Assembly (NCBI GenBank): GCA_963933835.1
Contig: CAWVVV010000003.1
Span: 128,001-192,000, forward strand
Length of the DNA: 64,000 bases
Reading direction: 5' to 3'
Source: an uncultured Puniceicoccaceae bacterium
Lineage (GTDB): Bacteria > Verrucomicrobiota > Verrucomicrobiia > Opitutales > Oceanipulchritudinaceae
Shown here: piece by piece, positions 9,615-18,876 of the stretch
Numbering within the stretch: the stretch's first letter is position 1
How the letters are laid out: every line of letters starts with the position of its first letter
Notes under the pieces: model-generated
The model's input: only the letters and a program-made list of their open reading frames with translations
The model's database searches: none
What the model was told of the DNA's origin: nothing
Made by a program: the position numbers and the translations under genes

Positions 9615-9660
9615 AAATTCGTGTCTATTCGCGTCCATTCGCGGTAAGAAATACTTTTCC
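9615..9660 (-). repeat. Right inverted-repeat arm of the GxxExxY cassette
   Basis: AATTCGTGTCTATTCGCGTCCATTCGCGGTAA, three ATTCGYG units at a 10-bp period. Confidence 0.85.
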
Positions 9661-9671
9661 CGACCTCCATC

Positions 9672-12338
9672 ATGACCTCTGCCGAAGTCCGCCAGTCCTT
9701 CCTCGATTTCTTCGCTTCTAAGCAGCACACCATTGTGTCCTCGGCTTCCCTTATGCCGACGGCTCCAAACCTGCTTTTCACGAATGCGGGGATGAATCAG
9801 TTCGTTCCCTACTTCCTAGGTGACCGCGATGCGCCCTACCCGCGCGCTGCCGACACCCAGAAGTGTATCCGTGCGGGCGGTAAGCACAACGACCTCGAGG
9901 ACGTCGGGTTCGACGCCTACCACCAGACAATGTTCGAGATGCTCGGCAACTGGTCCTTCGGCGACTACTTCAAAAAGGAAGCCCTCGAATGGTCTTGGGA
10001 GCTCCTCACTGAAGTCTGGAAAATGCCCGCCGAGCGTCTCTATGCCACCGTCTACATGCCAGGCGATGGCGAACCTGCAGACTTCGATGACGAAGCCCAC
10101 GGCATCTGGAAAGACATCTTCGAAAAAGCCGGCCTCGACCCAGCCAAACACATCATCAACGGCAACAAGAAGGACAACTTCTGGATGATGAGTGATACCG
10201 GCCCCTGTGGTCCCTGCTCCGAAGTCCACATCGACCTCACGCCCGAAAACAAAGGTGACCTCGTCAACGCCGACAGCCCGTGGTGTATTGAACTTTGGAA
10301 CAATGTTTTCATTCAATTCAACGCTCAGGAAGACGGCAGCTTCGGTCCACTGAAGAACAAGCATGTCGACACCGGGATGGGCTTCGAGCGCATCGCCGGA
10401 GCTTTTGCCACTACGAATGGCTTTACCGACTTCAGCCGCCCGCCGAGCAACTACGACGCCGACGGCTTTGCTCCCTTCTTCACGAAGCTCTCTTCAATGT
10501 GCGACCACACCTACGGTCGCACCCTTCCCGTCGATCCAGCCAAACCAACCGAAGTCGAACTCAAAGACATCGCCTTCCGAGTTCTCGCCGATCACGCCCG
10601 CTGCCTCTCCTGCGCCATCGCCGACGGCATCCTTCCTGGAAACGAGGGGCGCAACTACGTCCTCCGTCGCATCCTACGACGAGCCGTCCTCTGGGGCCGC
10701 CGCCTTGACCTCAAGCCCGGCTTCTTTGTCCAGCTCGTCGACCCCGTTCTCGAAACTTTAGGCCCCGTCTTCCCCGAGCTCGAAAGCAACCAAGCCCTCG
10801 TGCGCAAAGTTATCGCGAGCGAAGAGGCCTCTTTCGAACGCACCCTTGATCGAGGGCTGGCCGAGTTTGAAAAAGTATCCAATGCCGACCTCTCCGGCGA
10901 AACTGCCTTCACCCTCTACGATACCTACGGCTTCCCACTCGATCTCACTGAGCTGCTCGCACGAGAACGCGGCCTCAAGGTAGACACTGCTGGATTCGAA
11001 GCTGCAATGGAAGCACAGCGCACACGTGCACGCGCCTCACAGAAAAAAGAAGCCGTTCGCGTCAGCGAAGGTGACGACTCCGCCAGCGCGACCGAGTTTG
11101 TTGGTTTTGAGGACAATCGCTGGGAATCCTTTGAAACAACGCTTCTCGAAGTCATTGAAAACGAGGACGAGGTTTACGCCATCCTCGCCGCCTCCCCTTT
11201 CTATGCTGAAATGGGCGGACAAGTCGGTGACTGCGGCCGTATCCGTTTCTCCGATACAGAAGTCTTTATCTCCGACACGTCAAAAGACAGCGCCGGACGC
11301 TTCCTTCATCTCTTAGAACTACCCGAGGGCTTCGACTCCGCCGAGCTCAAGGCCGACAGTCCTGTCGTCGTTTCGATCGACGTCATGCGGCGTCGCCAGA
11401 TTCAGCGCCACCACACCGTCACTCACGTGCTCCATTGGGCACTGCGTAAGGTTCTTGGCACCCACGTCCGCCAAGCGGGTTCTTATGTTGGGCCTGACCG
11501 TCTCCGTTTCGACTTCGCACATTTTGAAGCCGTCACTGCCGAGCGGATCGAAGAAATCGAAAGCCTCTGTAACGACAAGATCCTCCTCAACGATGGTGTT
11601 AAGTGGTTCGAAGTCCCCTTCGATAAAAAGGACGAAGACGTCATCGCCTTCTTCGGCGAGAAATACGGCAACGTCGTCCGCGTCGTCGACATTGGTGGCT
11701 GGAGCAAAGAGCTCTGCGGCGGCACGCACGTTAAAGCCGCTGGTGAAATCGGGCTTTTCAAAATCGTTTCTGAGTCCGCCATCGCCGCCGGCACTCGCCG
11801 GATCGAAGCCGTTGCCGGTGAAGCTGCAGTTGGCCTCGTCGCTGATCGCTTCACCGCTCTCGATACGCTTGCGAAAGAACTCGGAACCAAGCCCGAACTC
11901 GTCACTGAGCGTTTCGCCACCATGCAAGCCCGTCTCACCGAAGCCGAGACCGCTCTCAAGCAAGCCAAAGCCCAACTCGCGCAAGCAGCGGCCAGCGACA
12001 TCGGCAGCGAAGTCAAAACCGTCGGCGAAATCGAAGTCGTCGCTAAGGTCCTTGAAGCGGACAACCCGAACGACCTTCGCGCTCAAGCCGTTGCTATCCA
12101 CAAGGAACTCAAGAACGGCCTCGCTGTCTTTGGTGGCACCTTTGGAACTAAAGTCACCGTCATGGCCCTCGCGTCTGATGAAGCGATCAAGGCTGGCCAC
12201 AAAGCCGGCGACATCATCCACAGCCTCACCGCTGAACTCGGCGGCAAGGGCGGAGGCAAACCCGACTTCGCGATGGGCGGCGGCACCGAACCAGATAAGC
12301 TTGCGACCGCCCTCGCCACATGGAAGGACTCCCTTTAA
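9672..12338 (+). CDS. alaS: Alanine--tRNA ligase
   Basis: LLFTNAGMNQF, FEMLGNWSFGDYFK, DTGMGFER, HHTVTH, ELCGGTHV and GKGGGKP motifs. Confidence 0.98.
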   Translation: MTSAEVRQSFLDFFASKQHTIVSSASLMPTAPNLLFTNAGMNQFVPYFLGDRDAPYPRAADTQKCIRAGGKHNDLEDVGFDAYHQTMFEMLGNWSFGDYFKKEALEWSWELLTEVWKMPAERLYATVYMPGDGEPADFDDEAHGIWKDIFEKAGLDPAKHIINGNKKDNFWMMSDTGPCGPCSEVHIDLTPENKGDLVNADSPWCIELWNNVFIQFNAQEDGSFGPLKNKHVDTGMGFERIAGAFATTNGFTDFSRPPSNYDADGFAPFFTKLSSMCDHTYGRTLPVDPAKPTEVELKDIAFRVLADHARCLSCAIADGILPGNEGRNYVLRRILRRAVLWGRRLDLKPGFFVQLVDPVLETLGPVFPELESNQALVRKVIASEEASFERTLDRGLAEFEKVSNADLSGETAFTLYDTYGFPLDLTELLARERGLKVDTAGFEAAMEAQRTRARASQKKEAVRVSEGDDSASATEFVGFEDNRWESFETTLLEVIENEDEVYAILAASPFYAEMGGQVGDCGRIRFSDTEVFISDTSKDSAGRFLHLLELPEGFDSAELKADSPVVVSIDVMRRRQIQRHHTVTHVLHWALRKVLGTHVRQAGSYVGPDRLRFDFAHFEAVTAERIEEIESLCNDKILLNDGVKWFEVPFDKKDEDVIAFFGEKYGNVVRVVDIGGWSKELCGGTHVKAAGEIGLFKIVSESAIAAGTRRIEAVAGEAAVGLVADRFTALDTLAKELGTKPELVTERFATMQARLTEAETALKQAKAQLAQAAASDIGSEVKTVGEIEVVAKVLEADNPNDLRAQAVAIHKELKNGLAVFGGTFGTKVTVMALASDEAIKAGHKAGDIIHSLTAELGGKGGGKPDFAMGGGTEPDKLATALATWKDSL

Positions 12339-12625
12339 TGTCACTCACCGTCAAAGAAACCGTCCGCCTTCGCGGCGAAGCCATGCGCCTTAAACCGATC
12401 CTTAAAATCGGCAAAAACGGCCTCAGCGAAACCGTTGTCCTCGAGCTGACCAAGCTTCTCAAACAACATAAGCTGATCAAGGTGCGCATAGAGCAGAACG
12501 ACCGCAAAGAACGCCAAGCTTTCGCACAAACCGTCGCCAAAGAGCTCGGAGCCGAGTTCATCGGGTTAACGGGCAAGGCGCTAGTGCTCTATTCCGAAAC
12601 GCCCACCGAAACGCCCACCGAATAG
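12338..12625 (+). CDS. yhbY: YhbY/CRM-domain RNA-binding protein
   Basis: LKPILKIGKNGL, HKLIKVRI and GKALVLY motifs; TAATG overlap with alaS. Confidence 0.88.
   Translation: MSLTVKETVRLRGEAMRLKPILKIGKNGLSETVVLELTKLLKQHKLIKVRIEQNDRKERQAFAQTVAKELGAEFIGLTGKALVLYSETPTETPTE
12594..12622. repeat. 12-bp tandem duplication at the yhbY 3' end
   Basis: CCGAAACGCCCA x2 followed by CCGAA. Confidence 0.8.
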
Positions 12626-12818
12626 TCTCACCAAGGGAGCACGGGCAAAAACGCCTGGCCTCCTTTCTAATAAAATTCGATCGCCAGGAGTGACACCGAG
12701 GCTAGCTCACCGTCACTTCGAGCCCACTCGCTGCAAATTGGAAATCAACAAAACGCCCCCCCCCTGCTCTACCCCTAATAAAAATTCAAGGGCGATACTG
12801 GATCTGAGCTCGCTCTCC

Positions 12819-12960
12819 TTAGCTCTCAATTTTCAGGGTCGCTTTATGTTTCCGGTATAGGGCTCTAAACTGATGATAAGTCAGTCCAAGGAGATTTGCG
12901 GCCTCCGTCTGACGGAACTGCGCTTTCGCCAATGCCCCTTGAAGAGATCTGACTTCGAGG
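12819..12960 (-). pseudogene. pspF: 3' remnant of pspF (C-terminal HTH of the sigma-54 activator)
   Basis: Minus strand reads LEVRSLQGALAKAQFRQTEAANLLGLTYHQFRALYRKHKATLKIES*; LLGLTYHQFRAL is the PspF HTH signature; AAA+ domain absent. Confidence 0.85.
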
Positions 12961-13043
12961 CCCTAGAACGCGATGAAGGGATTGAAAAGGAACTAGCCTC
13001 CTTAAAGCAAAAGGTTCAAAAACCAGATGAGATTATTTCTTAA
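12951..13043 (+). pseudogene. pspA: 3' remnant of pspA
   Basis: DFEALERDEGIEKELASLKQKVQ resembles the PspA C-terminal helix; lies directly upstream of pspB/pspC-like genes. Confidence 0.7.
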
Positions 13044-13101
13044 GAAATCTGTAACCTAAGCATCTCACTCAGTGTATACTAATTAACTAGAAATCACACT
13101 T

Positions 13102-13350
13102 ATGCCCGGAGAACTCATACCCGTCCTCATTGTATTTATCGTCGTAGGCATCCCAATTATATGCGGCACCCTACTTAAGTTGGCCAAACTCCTCATAGGA
13201 GATGACGGGAGCGGAAGAGGACTTCGCGCCAGAAACAAGAGCAAGGCCGACCTCGATGAAGAGACACGCTTGATTCAAGAAATGCATCAAAGCCTCTCAC
13301 GCCTCGGATCCCTCGAAACGATCGTCCTACAAAACGAACGCAAACGCTAA
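13102..13350 (+). CDS. PspB-like membrane protein
   Basis: N-terminal TM helix, EETRLIQEMHQSLSRL..SLETIV coiled coil, psp gene context. Confidence 0.7.
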   Translation: MPGELIPVLIVFIVVGIPIICGTLLKLAKLLIGDDGSGRGLRARNKSKADLDEETRLIQEMHQSLSRLGSLETIVLQNERKR

Positions 13351-13370
13351 CTCACTAAACTTTACGCATC

Positions 13371-13752
13371 ATGCAAAATCACCGATCAACGAATACTTTC
13401 AGAACACTATACCGCTCTCGCAATGGGATGATTTTCGGAGTCTGCAAAGGCATCGCAAACTATACAAACTTCAGCACCTTCTGGATTCGCGTGGCAGCGC
13501 TCATAGCTCTCTTTATGACCGGCTGGATTAGTCTTAATCTACATCGTGGCAGCGATCTTCATCAAACCGGAGCCGATCATCGAGCCGGAGAACACCGAAG
13601 ATTGGGAGTTTTATCAGACCTACACCTCGAACCGCGGCATCGCCCTACGACGCCTAAAGGAGAAGTTCGAAGCCCTTGAACGCCGGACACGCCAAGTTGA
13701 AAGCGTCGTCACCTCCCCCAAGTATTCCTGGGAGCGTAGGTTTGATTCTTAA
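13371..13752 (+). pseudogene. pspC: Frameshifted PspC
   Basis: LYRSRNGMIFGVCKGIANY in one frame; VLIYIVAAIFIKPEP...VESVVTS in the +1 frame from about 13531. Confidence 0.85.
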
Positions 13753-13793
13753 GGGACAACTTTAGTTAGGAGGAGAGAGACACCAAGAGCATA

Positions 13794-13828
13794 CCGGCTT
13801 CCGCTTCGCGTGGGAGTCGGCTTTTTTA
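13794..13828 (+). terminator. Intrinsic terminator of the psp operon
   Basis: CCGGCTTCCGC/GTGGGAGTCGG stem followed by T6. Confidence 0.75.
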
Positions 13829-13905
13829 TGTTTTAATAGCACTGCTGCGGGCGGTGCTGAAATGCAGCTTGTCCGGTCGCATGCCTTCTGGTGGGATACA
13901 GATCG

Positions 13906-15009
13906 ATGCAGCCAGAAAAACACCCGTTTTTTAAGAAGGTCGAAAAGGATCAGCTCAAAGTTCTGATCGAATCGAGCACGATTCGAACCTTTCAGCACGA
14001 GGCAGTGATCTGCGAAGAAGGCAGTCCGTCGGACGCAATTTTTCTAATCTTGGCGGGCAAAGTCGCCTTCCGAAAACGGCTCCCGACCAAACACCTTCTC
14101 ACTGTCAGTCTAGGCGAAGCGGGAGGATTCTTTGGAGAAATTGGAGTGCTGACGCATGATGCCCGCGCCCTGCGAGTGGAGTCTCACGGCACTGCAGAAA
14201 TCGTCCGTATCCCTCGAGGGGCATTGCTCAAATTCATCGAGGATATGCCGGGGCCAGCTGAATCACTGCTACAAAGCGTGATTCGCCACCTTCACCAGAC
14301 GACGCGACACTATGTCGATGACATGGTGCACCAAGAGAAAATGGCCGTCGTTGGTTCGATGATGAACACGATCATCCACGACTTCAAAAACCCGTTCTGC
14401 GTCATCAGCATGAGTGCCCAGCTCCTCCGGCAGAAACATGATGACGACCAGACCGTGCGCCTCTGCGCAAATGTCGAACAGCAGGTCGACCGCATGCTCG
14501 CGATGGCGGCTGACCTCGCAGACTATTCGAAGGGCGAGTATCAACTAGACCCAATCACGATCGATCTGCCCGGACTCTTCGACGAATTTCGCAGTCTTAA
14601 CTATCCTTTCTTCGATATGGATAACATCGAGATCGACCTGAAGATTCCTCAGGTGTCTGTCCTCGGCGAGCGCTCTAAGCTCATTCGTGTTTTTCAAAAT
14701 CTGATTGGCAACGCTGTCGAAGCACTCGAGGAAGCAGAAAAGGGCCGGATCGAAATCTCGGTCGAGAGTAACCAACTGAAGGAGCAAGTTCAGATCAGAG
14801 TCCGAGACAATGCTGACGGCATCCCTGAATCGATCAGAGAACGCTTCTTTGAACCCTTTGTGACTCATGGAAAGTCCGGTGGCACCGGATTGGGCTCGGC
14901 AATTGCGAAATCGATCATCTCGGCACATGGAGGCACGATCTCATTTGAAAGCGTGATGGGCGAAGGTACGCTCTTTCTCATTACCTTGCCGATGGCTCCA
15001 AACGCCTAG
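13906..15009 (+). CDS. Cytoplasmic cNMP-binding-domain histidine kinase
   Basis: EEGSPSD..FFGEIG..RAL (cNMP); HDFKNP H-box, NLIGNA N-box, DNADGI and GTGLG. Confidence 0.9.
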   Translation: MQPEKHPFFKKVEKDQLKVLIESSTIRTFQHEAVICEEGSPSDAIFLILAGKVAFRKRLPTKHLLTVSLGEAGGFFGEIGVLTHDARALRVESHGTAEIVRIPRGALLKFIEDMPGPAESLLQSVIRHLHQTTRHYVDDMVHQEKMAVVGSMMNTIIHDFKNPFCVISMSAQLLRQKHDDDQTVRLCANVEQQVDRMLAMAADLADYSKGEYQLDPITIDLPGLFDEFRSLNYPFFDMDNIEIDLKIPQVSVLGERSKLIRVFQNLIGNAVEALEEAEKGRIEISVESNQLKEQVQIRVRDNADGIPESIRERFFEPFVTHGKSGGTGLGSAIAKSIISAHGGTISFESVMGEGTLFLITLPMAPNA

Positions 15010-15039
15010 GTCTGATTTCTCATTTTCTCGACAAAACTG

Positions 15040-15552
15040 ATGCCTAAGGTCCAAAGATTTTGGTTAATGAAGTCGGAACCCGACGCCTTTTCACTCGACG
15101 ACCTGAAGGCGATTTCGCCGAAATCTGAGCTGTGGGACGGCGTTCGTAATTATCAAGCACGCAACTTTATGCGCGACGAAATGAGCGTCGGCGACGGAGT
15201 CCTTTACTACCATTCGAACTGCACTCCTCCCGGTGTCGTAGGGCTTGCCTACATCGCTAGTAGCGAGGCGGAGCCTGACCAAACCCAGTTCGACAAAAAG
15301 TCTAAATACCACGACCCGAAGTCGAAGCCGGAAGATCCGCGCTGGGTGGCCGCACGGGTCGGCTATGTGGCGCACTTTCCTCAGCAGATCGATCTCCCGA
15401 GACTGAAGGCCACGGAAAGCCTGAGCGAGATGAAGGTCGTACAGCGCGGGATGCGCTTATCGATCCAGCCGGTGGATAAAAATCACTTCCTCGAAGTGTG
15501 TAAGTTGGGCGGGATCAAGACGCCACTGAAGCTAGTAAAAGCGGCCGTTTAA
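15040..15552 (+). CDS. EVE domain protein
   Basis: WLMKSEP, WDGVRNYQARN, YYHS and RLSIQPV motifs. Confidence 0.92.
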   Translation: MPKVQRFWLMKSEPDAFSLDDLKAISPKSELWDGVRNYQARNFMRDEMSVGDGVLYYHSNCTPPGVVGLAYIASSEAEPDQTQFDKKSKYHDPKSKPEDPRWVAARVGYVAHFPQQIDLPRLKATESLSEMKVVQRGMRLSIQPVDKNHFLEVCKLGGIKTPLKLVKAAV

Positions 15553-16778
15553 GCCTGGCCCCAAAGGTGCGCAAATCGGCGCGCGACTTCAACATGCAGT
15601 GCAATGCCGTCGCTCAAGATGTCATCATTGAAATCGTACGCGGGATGATGACAAAACGGAACTTCGGCCTGATCCACGGGGCGCGAGGCAAGAAACCAAA
15701 ATGTACCCGGGACTTGCTTTTGATAGAATGCGAAATCCTCACCGCCCATCATCGGAGGCACTTCGACGTAATCACCGGAGCGTCCGACCTCACTGAGCAC
15801 AGTGCGAAAGAGTGCATCCGTCTTGGGGTGATTGCGCACGACAGGATAGCCACCCTGAATACGCACTTCCGCTTCGGCCCCAAACGTCGCGGCAAGACGA
15901 GAAGCCTCCCCTTCGAGCAAGGCACAGACACTTGCCATGACTGAATCATCCAAGGTTCGAATAGTGCCGGTGATATGGGCTGTCTCTGGAATAACATTGT
16001 AGGCCGTTCCAGCATGAAACTGCGTAAAACTCACTACGGCCGAGGCGATGGGGTCAACCTGCCTTGAGACAATTGTTTGCAGGGACGCAACGATCTGACT
16101 GCCAATGACAATCGGATCAATCGTCACATGTGGCATCGCGGCATGACCACCCTTGCCTCTCACGGTGATATCAAAACTGGTCGTAGCCGCCATCGCTGCT
16201 CCAGGACAGAGACAAATCTGACCAACCTGGGTGGAAGCCATCGGCATATTGTGAAGGCCGAATACGGCATCAACTAAAGGGGCCTCTAACGCTCCCTCAT
16301 CAACCATTCGCTTGCCACCCGCGCCGCCTTCTTCTGCAGGCTGAAAGATCAAGCGAATCGGGGCCTCCAGCGATGCGCGGATTCCAGAAAGCACATTTGC
16401 TACACCTAGGAGCATCGCGGTATGCCCATCGTGCCCACAGGCGTGCATCACGCCGGGGTTTTCAGAGGCGTACGCGACGCCGCTAATTTCATGAATGGGC
16501 AAGGCATCAATATCTGCACGCAGTGCAACTACAGGGCCTGGCTTCTCGCCCCCAAGCGTCGCGATCACACCTGTTTCGGCCAAACCCGTTTTCACCTCCC
16601 ATCCAGCAAGGGATGAGAGCTCAGCGGAGATTTTTTCGGCGGTACGAAACTCCTTGTATCCCAATTCTGGATACCGGTGTAGATCTCGTCGAAAAGCTCG
16701 CACCTCCGGCTCAATCTTCGCCACCATTGCCTTGATTTCATCACTGGACGGAACAGCGAATTTTGAATGCGAATTCAC
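15549..16778 (-). CDS. M20 family amidohydrolase
   Basis: RRDLHRYPELG, RADIDALP, MHACGHDGH, FQPAEE and GEDF motifs. Confidence 0.93.
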   Translation of the reverse strand: MNSHSKFAVPSSDEIKAMVAKIEPEVRAFRRDLHRYPELGYKEFRTAEKISAELSSLAGWEVKTGLAETGVIATLGGEKPGPVVALRADIDALPIHEISGVAYASENPGVMHACGHDGHTAMLLGVANVLSGIRASLEAPIRLIFQPAEEGGAGGKRMVDEGALEAPLVDAVFGLHNMPMASTQVGQICLCPGAAMAATTSFDITVRGKGGHAAMPHVTIDPIVIGSQIVASLQTIVSRQVDPIASAVVSFTQFHAGTAYNVIPETAHITGTIRTLDDSVMASVCALLEGEASRLAATFGAEAEVRIQGGYPVVRNHPKTDALFRTVLSEVGRSGDYVEVPPMMGGEDFAFYQKQVPGTFWFLASRPVDQAEVPFCHHPAYDFNDDILSDGIALHVEVARRFAHLWGQA

Positions 16779-16892
16779 AAGTACGACTCTGCGCGGGGCC
16801 TATTCTAGGAGCAAATCGAAAAGTCTTACTAGAGCCGAAGAAGGAAAGACCCTACCATTTGTGATTTTTTTCTTCAAATCTTAGTCCCTTAT

Positions 16893-16919
16893 ATAAGAGC
16901 ACAAGACCACGACCGATAA
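16893..16919 (+). promoter_or_regulatory. Sigma-28-like promoter
   Basis: ATAAG-N14-ACCGATAA versus consensus TAAAG-N14-GCCGATAA, 45 bp upstream of the ParA-family gene. Confidence 0.4.
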
Positions 16920-16964
16920 AGAGGATAGCCGCTGAGAGTTCTTCTCGGCAGTAGAATTCTCAAA

Positions 16965-17873
16965 ATGGCAAGAAAGCTCAGTTTCGTAAATTACAAGGGA
17001 GGTGTCGGGAAAACATCCTGCATCGTGAACGTGGCGGCATGCCTGGCTGAGGCCGGCAATCGCGTTCTCCTCATCGACCTAGACACGCAAAGCAACTCCA
17101 GTATCTGGCTCATGAAGCTGGAGCATTGGAACCAACTCAATGTCAACGGGCAGGGAGCGGTCTACTCAATCTTTGAAAACAATGGGGTGCGTCTGCGTGA
17201 TATCATCGTGAAGGATGTCGTCCGGGACCGCCAAGGCAAACAGATATTGCCAGGTCTGGATATAATCCCGACGACCTTTAACCTCGTCGACGTCGAGCAT
17301 GAATACCAGTCACCGGATGGGCGTCCCGCCTACGCAATCTTCCAAGAACAGCTAGCTGAGATAGAAGACAACTATGACTACATTCTCTTCGACTGTCCAC
17401 CGAACGTCATGCGGGCTTCGCAGTGTGGAATCTTCTGTAGTAATGAAGTTATTGTCCCAGCGAACCCGGATGCTTTGAGCCTGATCGGCTTTACGCTCCT
17501 CACAGGTAAGCTTCTTCAGTTCAATGAGCGTTCTGCGAGTTTCCGAAAGGGAGGCATGGGAAGACCCGCCGCCATTACTGGAATCCTCTTCAACGCGATC
17601 AAGGCAAACGTCGATATCGAAGTGCCTAAAATGCGCATGCAATTCCGTCTAAACCAGTTCCGGAAGAAGCATAAGGTCGATCCCAACGCCAAAATTTTCA
17701 GTAACTCAATTCGAGACGCCGTCGTCGTTCGCCGCGCCGTCACGCTCGGCTTACCCGTCTGTAGTCTCGGCCACACGGCTGGAACCGAAGGCATCCTCGA
17801 TGACTACCGAAACATCACTCGGCAAATCATCAAACACGACCCGGCAACCATTACGGCAGCCGCTGGAGTCTAA
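16965..17873 (+). CDS. ParA/MinD-family ATPase (orphan)
   Basis: NYKGGVGKT, LIDLDTQSN and LFDCPP motifs. Confidence 0.9.
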   Translation: MARKLSFVNYKGGVGKTSCIVNVAACLAEAGNRVLLIDLDTQSNSSIWLMKLEHWNQLNVNGQGAVYSIFENNGVRLRDIIVKDVVRDRQGKQILPGLDIIPTTFNLVDVEHEYQSPDGRPAYAIFQEQLAEIEDNYDYILFDCPPNVMRASQCGIFCSNEVIVPANPDALSLIGFTLLTGKLLQFNERSASFRKGGMGRPAAITGILFNAIKANVDIEVPKMRMQFRLNQFRKKHKVDPNAKIFSNSIRDAVVVRRAVTLGLPVCSLGHTAGTEGILDDYRNITRQIIKHDPATITAAAGV

Positions 17874-17910
17874 TACCACCTGAACGCCGTCAATTTACTC
17901 AGCAAAAAAC

Positions 17911-18873
17911 ATGAGCACTAGCACAACATCCTCTCCCGTTTCGGCCGAATCCTGGAACTCTGTCCGTGAACGGTTTAAAGCGTCGATGATGGCTCAGACC
18001 GAAATCAGCAAACTTGCCCAAAACCTCGATCTTTCATGGCCACTACGCGGTCGCGAAGAGGTTCCACTCAAATACCTACCCCTCACACTCGACGAAGTTG
18101 TGCTCATGCCAGGAATTGCGAAGGCACCGGAGCGCATTCAACTTCTCGTCGAAATTCTCAGCGAGACGCTCGCCTTTGATGACCCCTTTAGTGACATGGC
18201 AGAGTACGTGGATTCGTCTTCGAAGAAAGATGACGGCACGCAAAAGGCCTTAAAGAAATTCGGTGTACCGATAGACTTTCCGATCCAACTCTGTGCATTG
18301 AGCAAAGAGACGCGCGAATTCATCCGTGCAGAGTCGATACACACACTGGGTGAGTTCATCGAGTTCTCTCAAAGCATGGCTCAATCAATTATTGTTGGTG
18401 GCGACTTCCGCGCGTTTCTGAATGCGCTAGCGCACCCAGAAGAGAACACGATCGTAAAGTTCCTTCCCTACCGCCCGGGCCACAAAGGTCTTCAACTTGC
18501 CGAAGCGATCGCTCAAACACTTTGCCTGCTCGATCCATCCGAGCGCCTCTTCCTCTTCGAGCGCTCGGGAGCGCCGATAGAAGCACGAGATCGACGCGAA
18601 ACACTTCTCCTTAGCAACGAACAACAATCTGCTGTAATCGCTAAGGTGCGCCACCATATGGAAGTTATCTTCAACTGGTTTGCTGGCAGTCGGGACGAAT
18701 TCGCAAACGCTCATGCCTAAGGGCCCTCCAATTTCGAGCGAAAATTAGTCCCCCTAGAAGACGTGCAAAAAGAGAAAGCTTCGATCTGGCTCGTGCGGGA
18801 GTCGCTCGAACTCGTAGATCTAGCCACCGCCACCAAGAAGAAGAGTTTCTTGAATCGCCTTTTCGGAGGCTAG
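17911..18873 (+). CDS. Hypothetical protein with RNAP alpha-CTD-like segments; in-frame TAA at 18718-18720
   Basis: 269 codons, TAA, then 50 more open codons ending KKKSFLNRLFGG* 3 bp before the next ATG. Confidence 0.65.
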
Positions 18874-18876
18874 GCT

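Noticed and set aside
9579..9671. T-box leader for alaS
   Set aside because: Too short, no T-box motif; occupied by the GxxExxY repeat arm.
11319..12393. Long alternative-frame and antisense ORFs over alaS (341, 312 and 193 aa); similar ones over mfd, asd and leuB
   Set aside because: Shadow ORFs from strong C-ending codon bias; no recognisable motifs.
12873..13043. Intact 56-aa plus-strand ORF
   Set aside because: Its first half is the antisense of the pspF remnant; a chimera created by the deletion.
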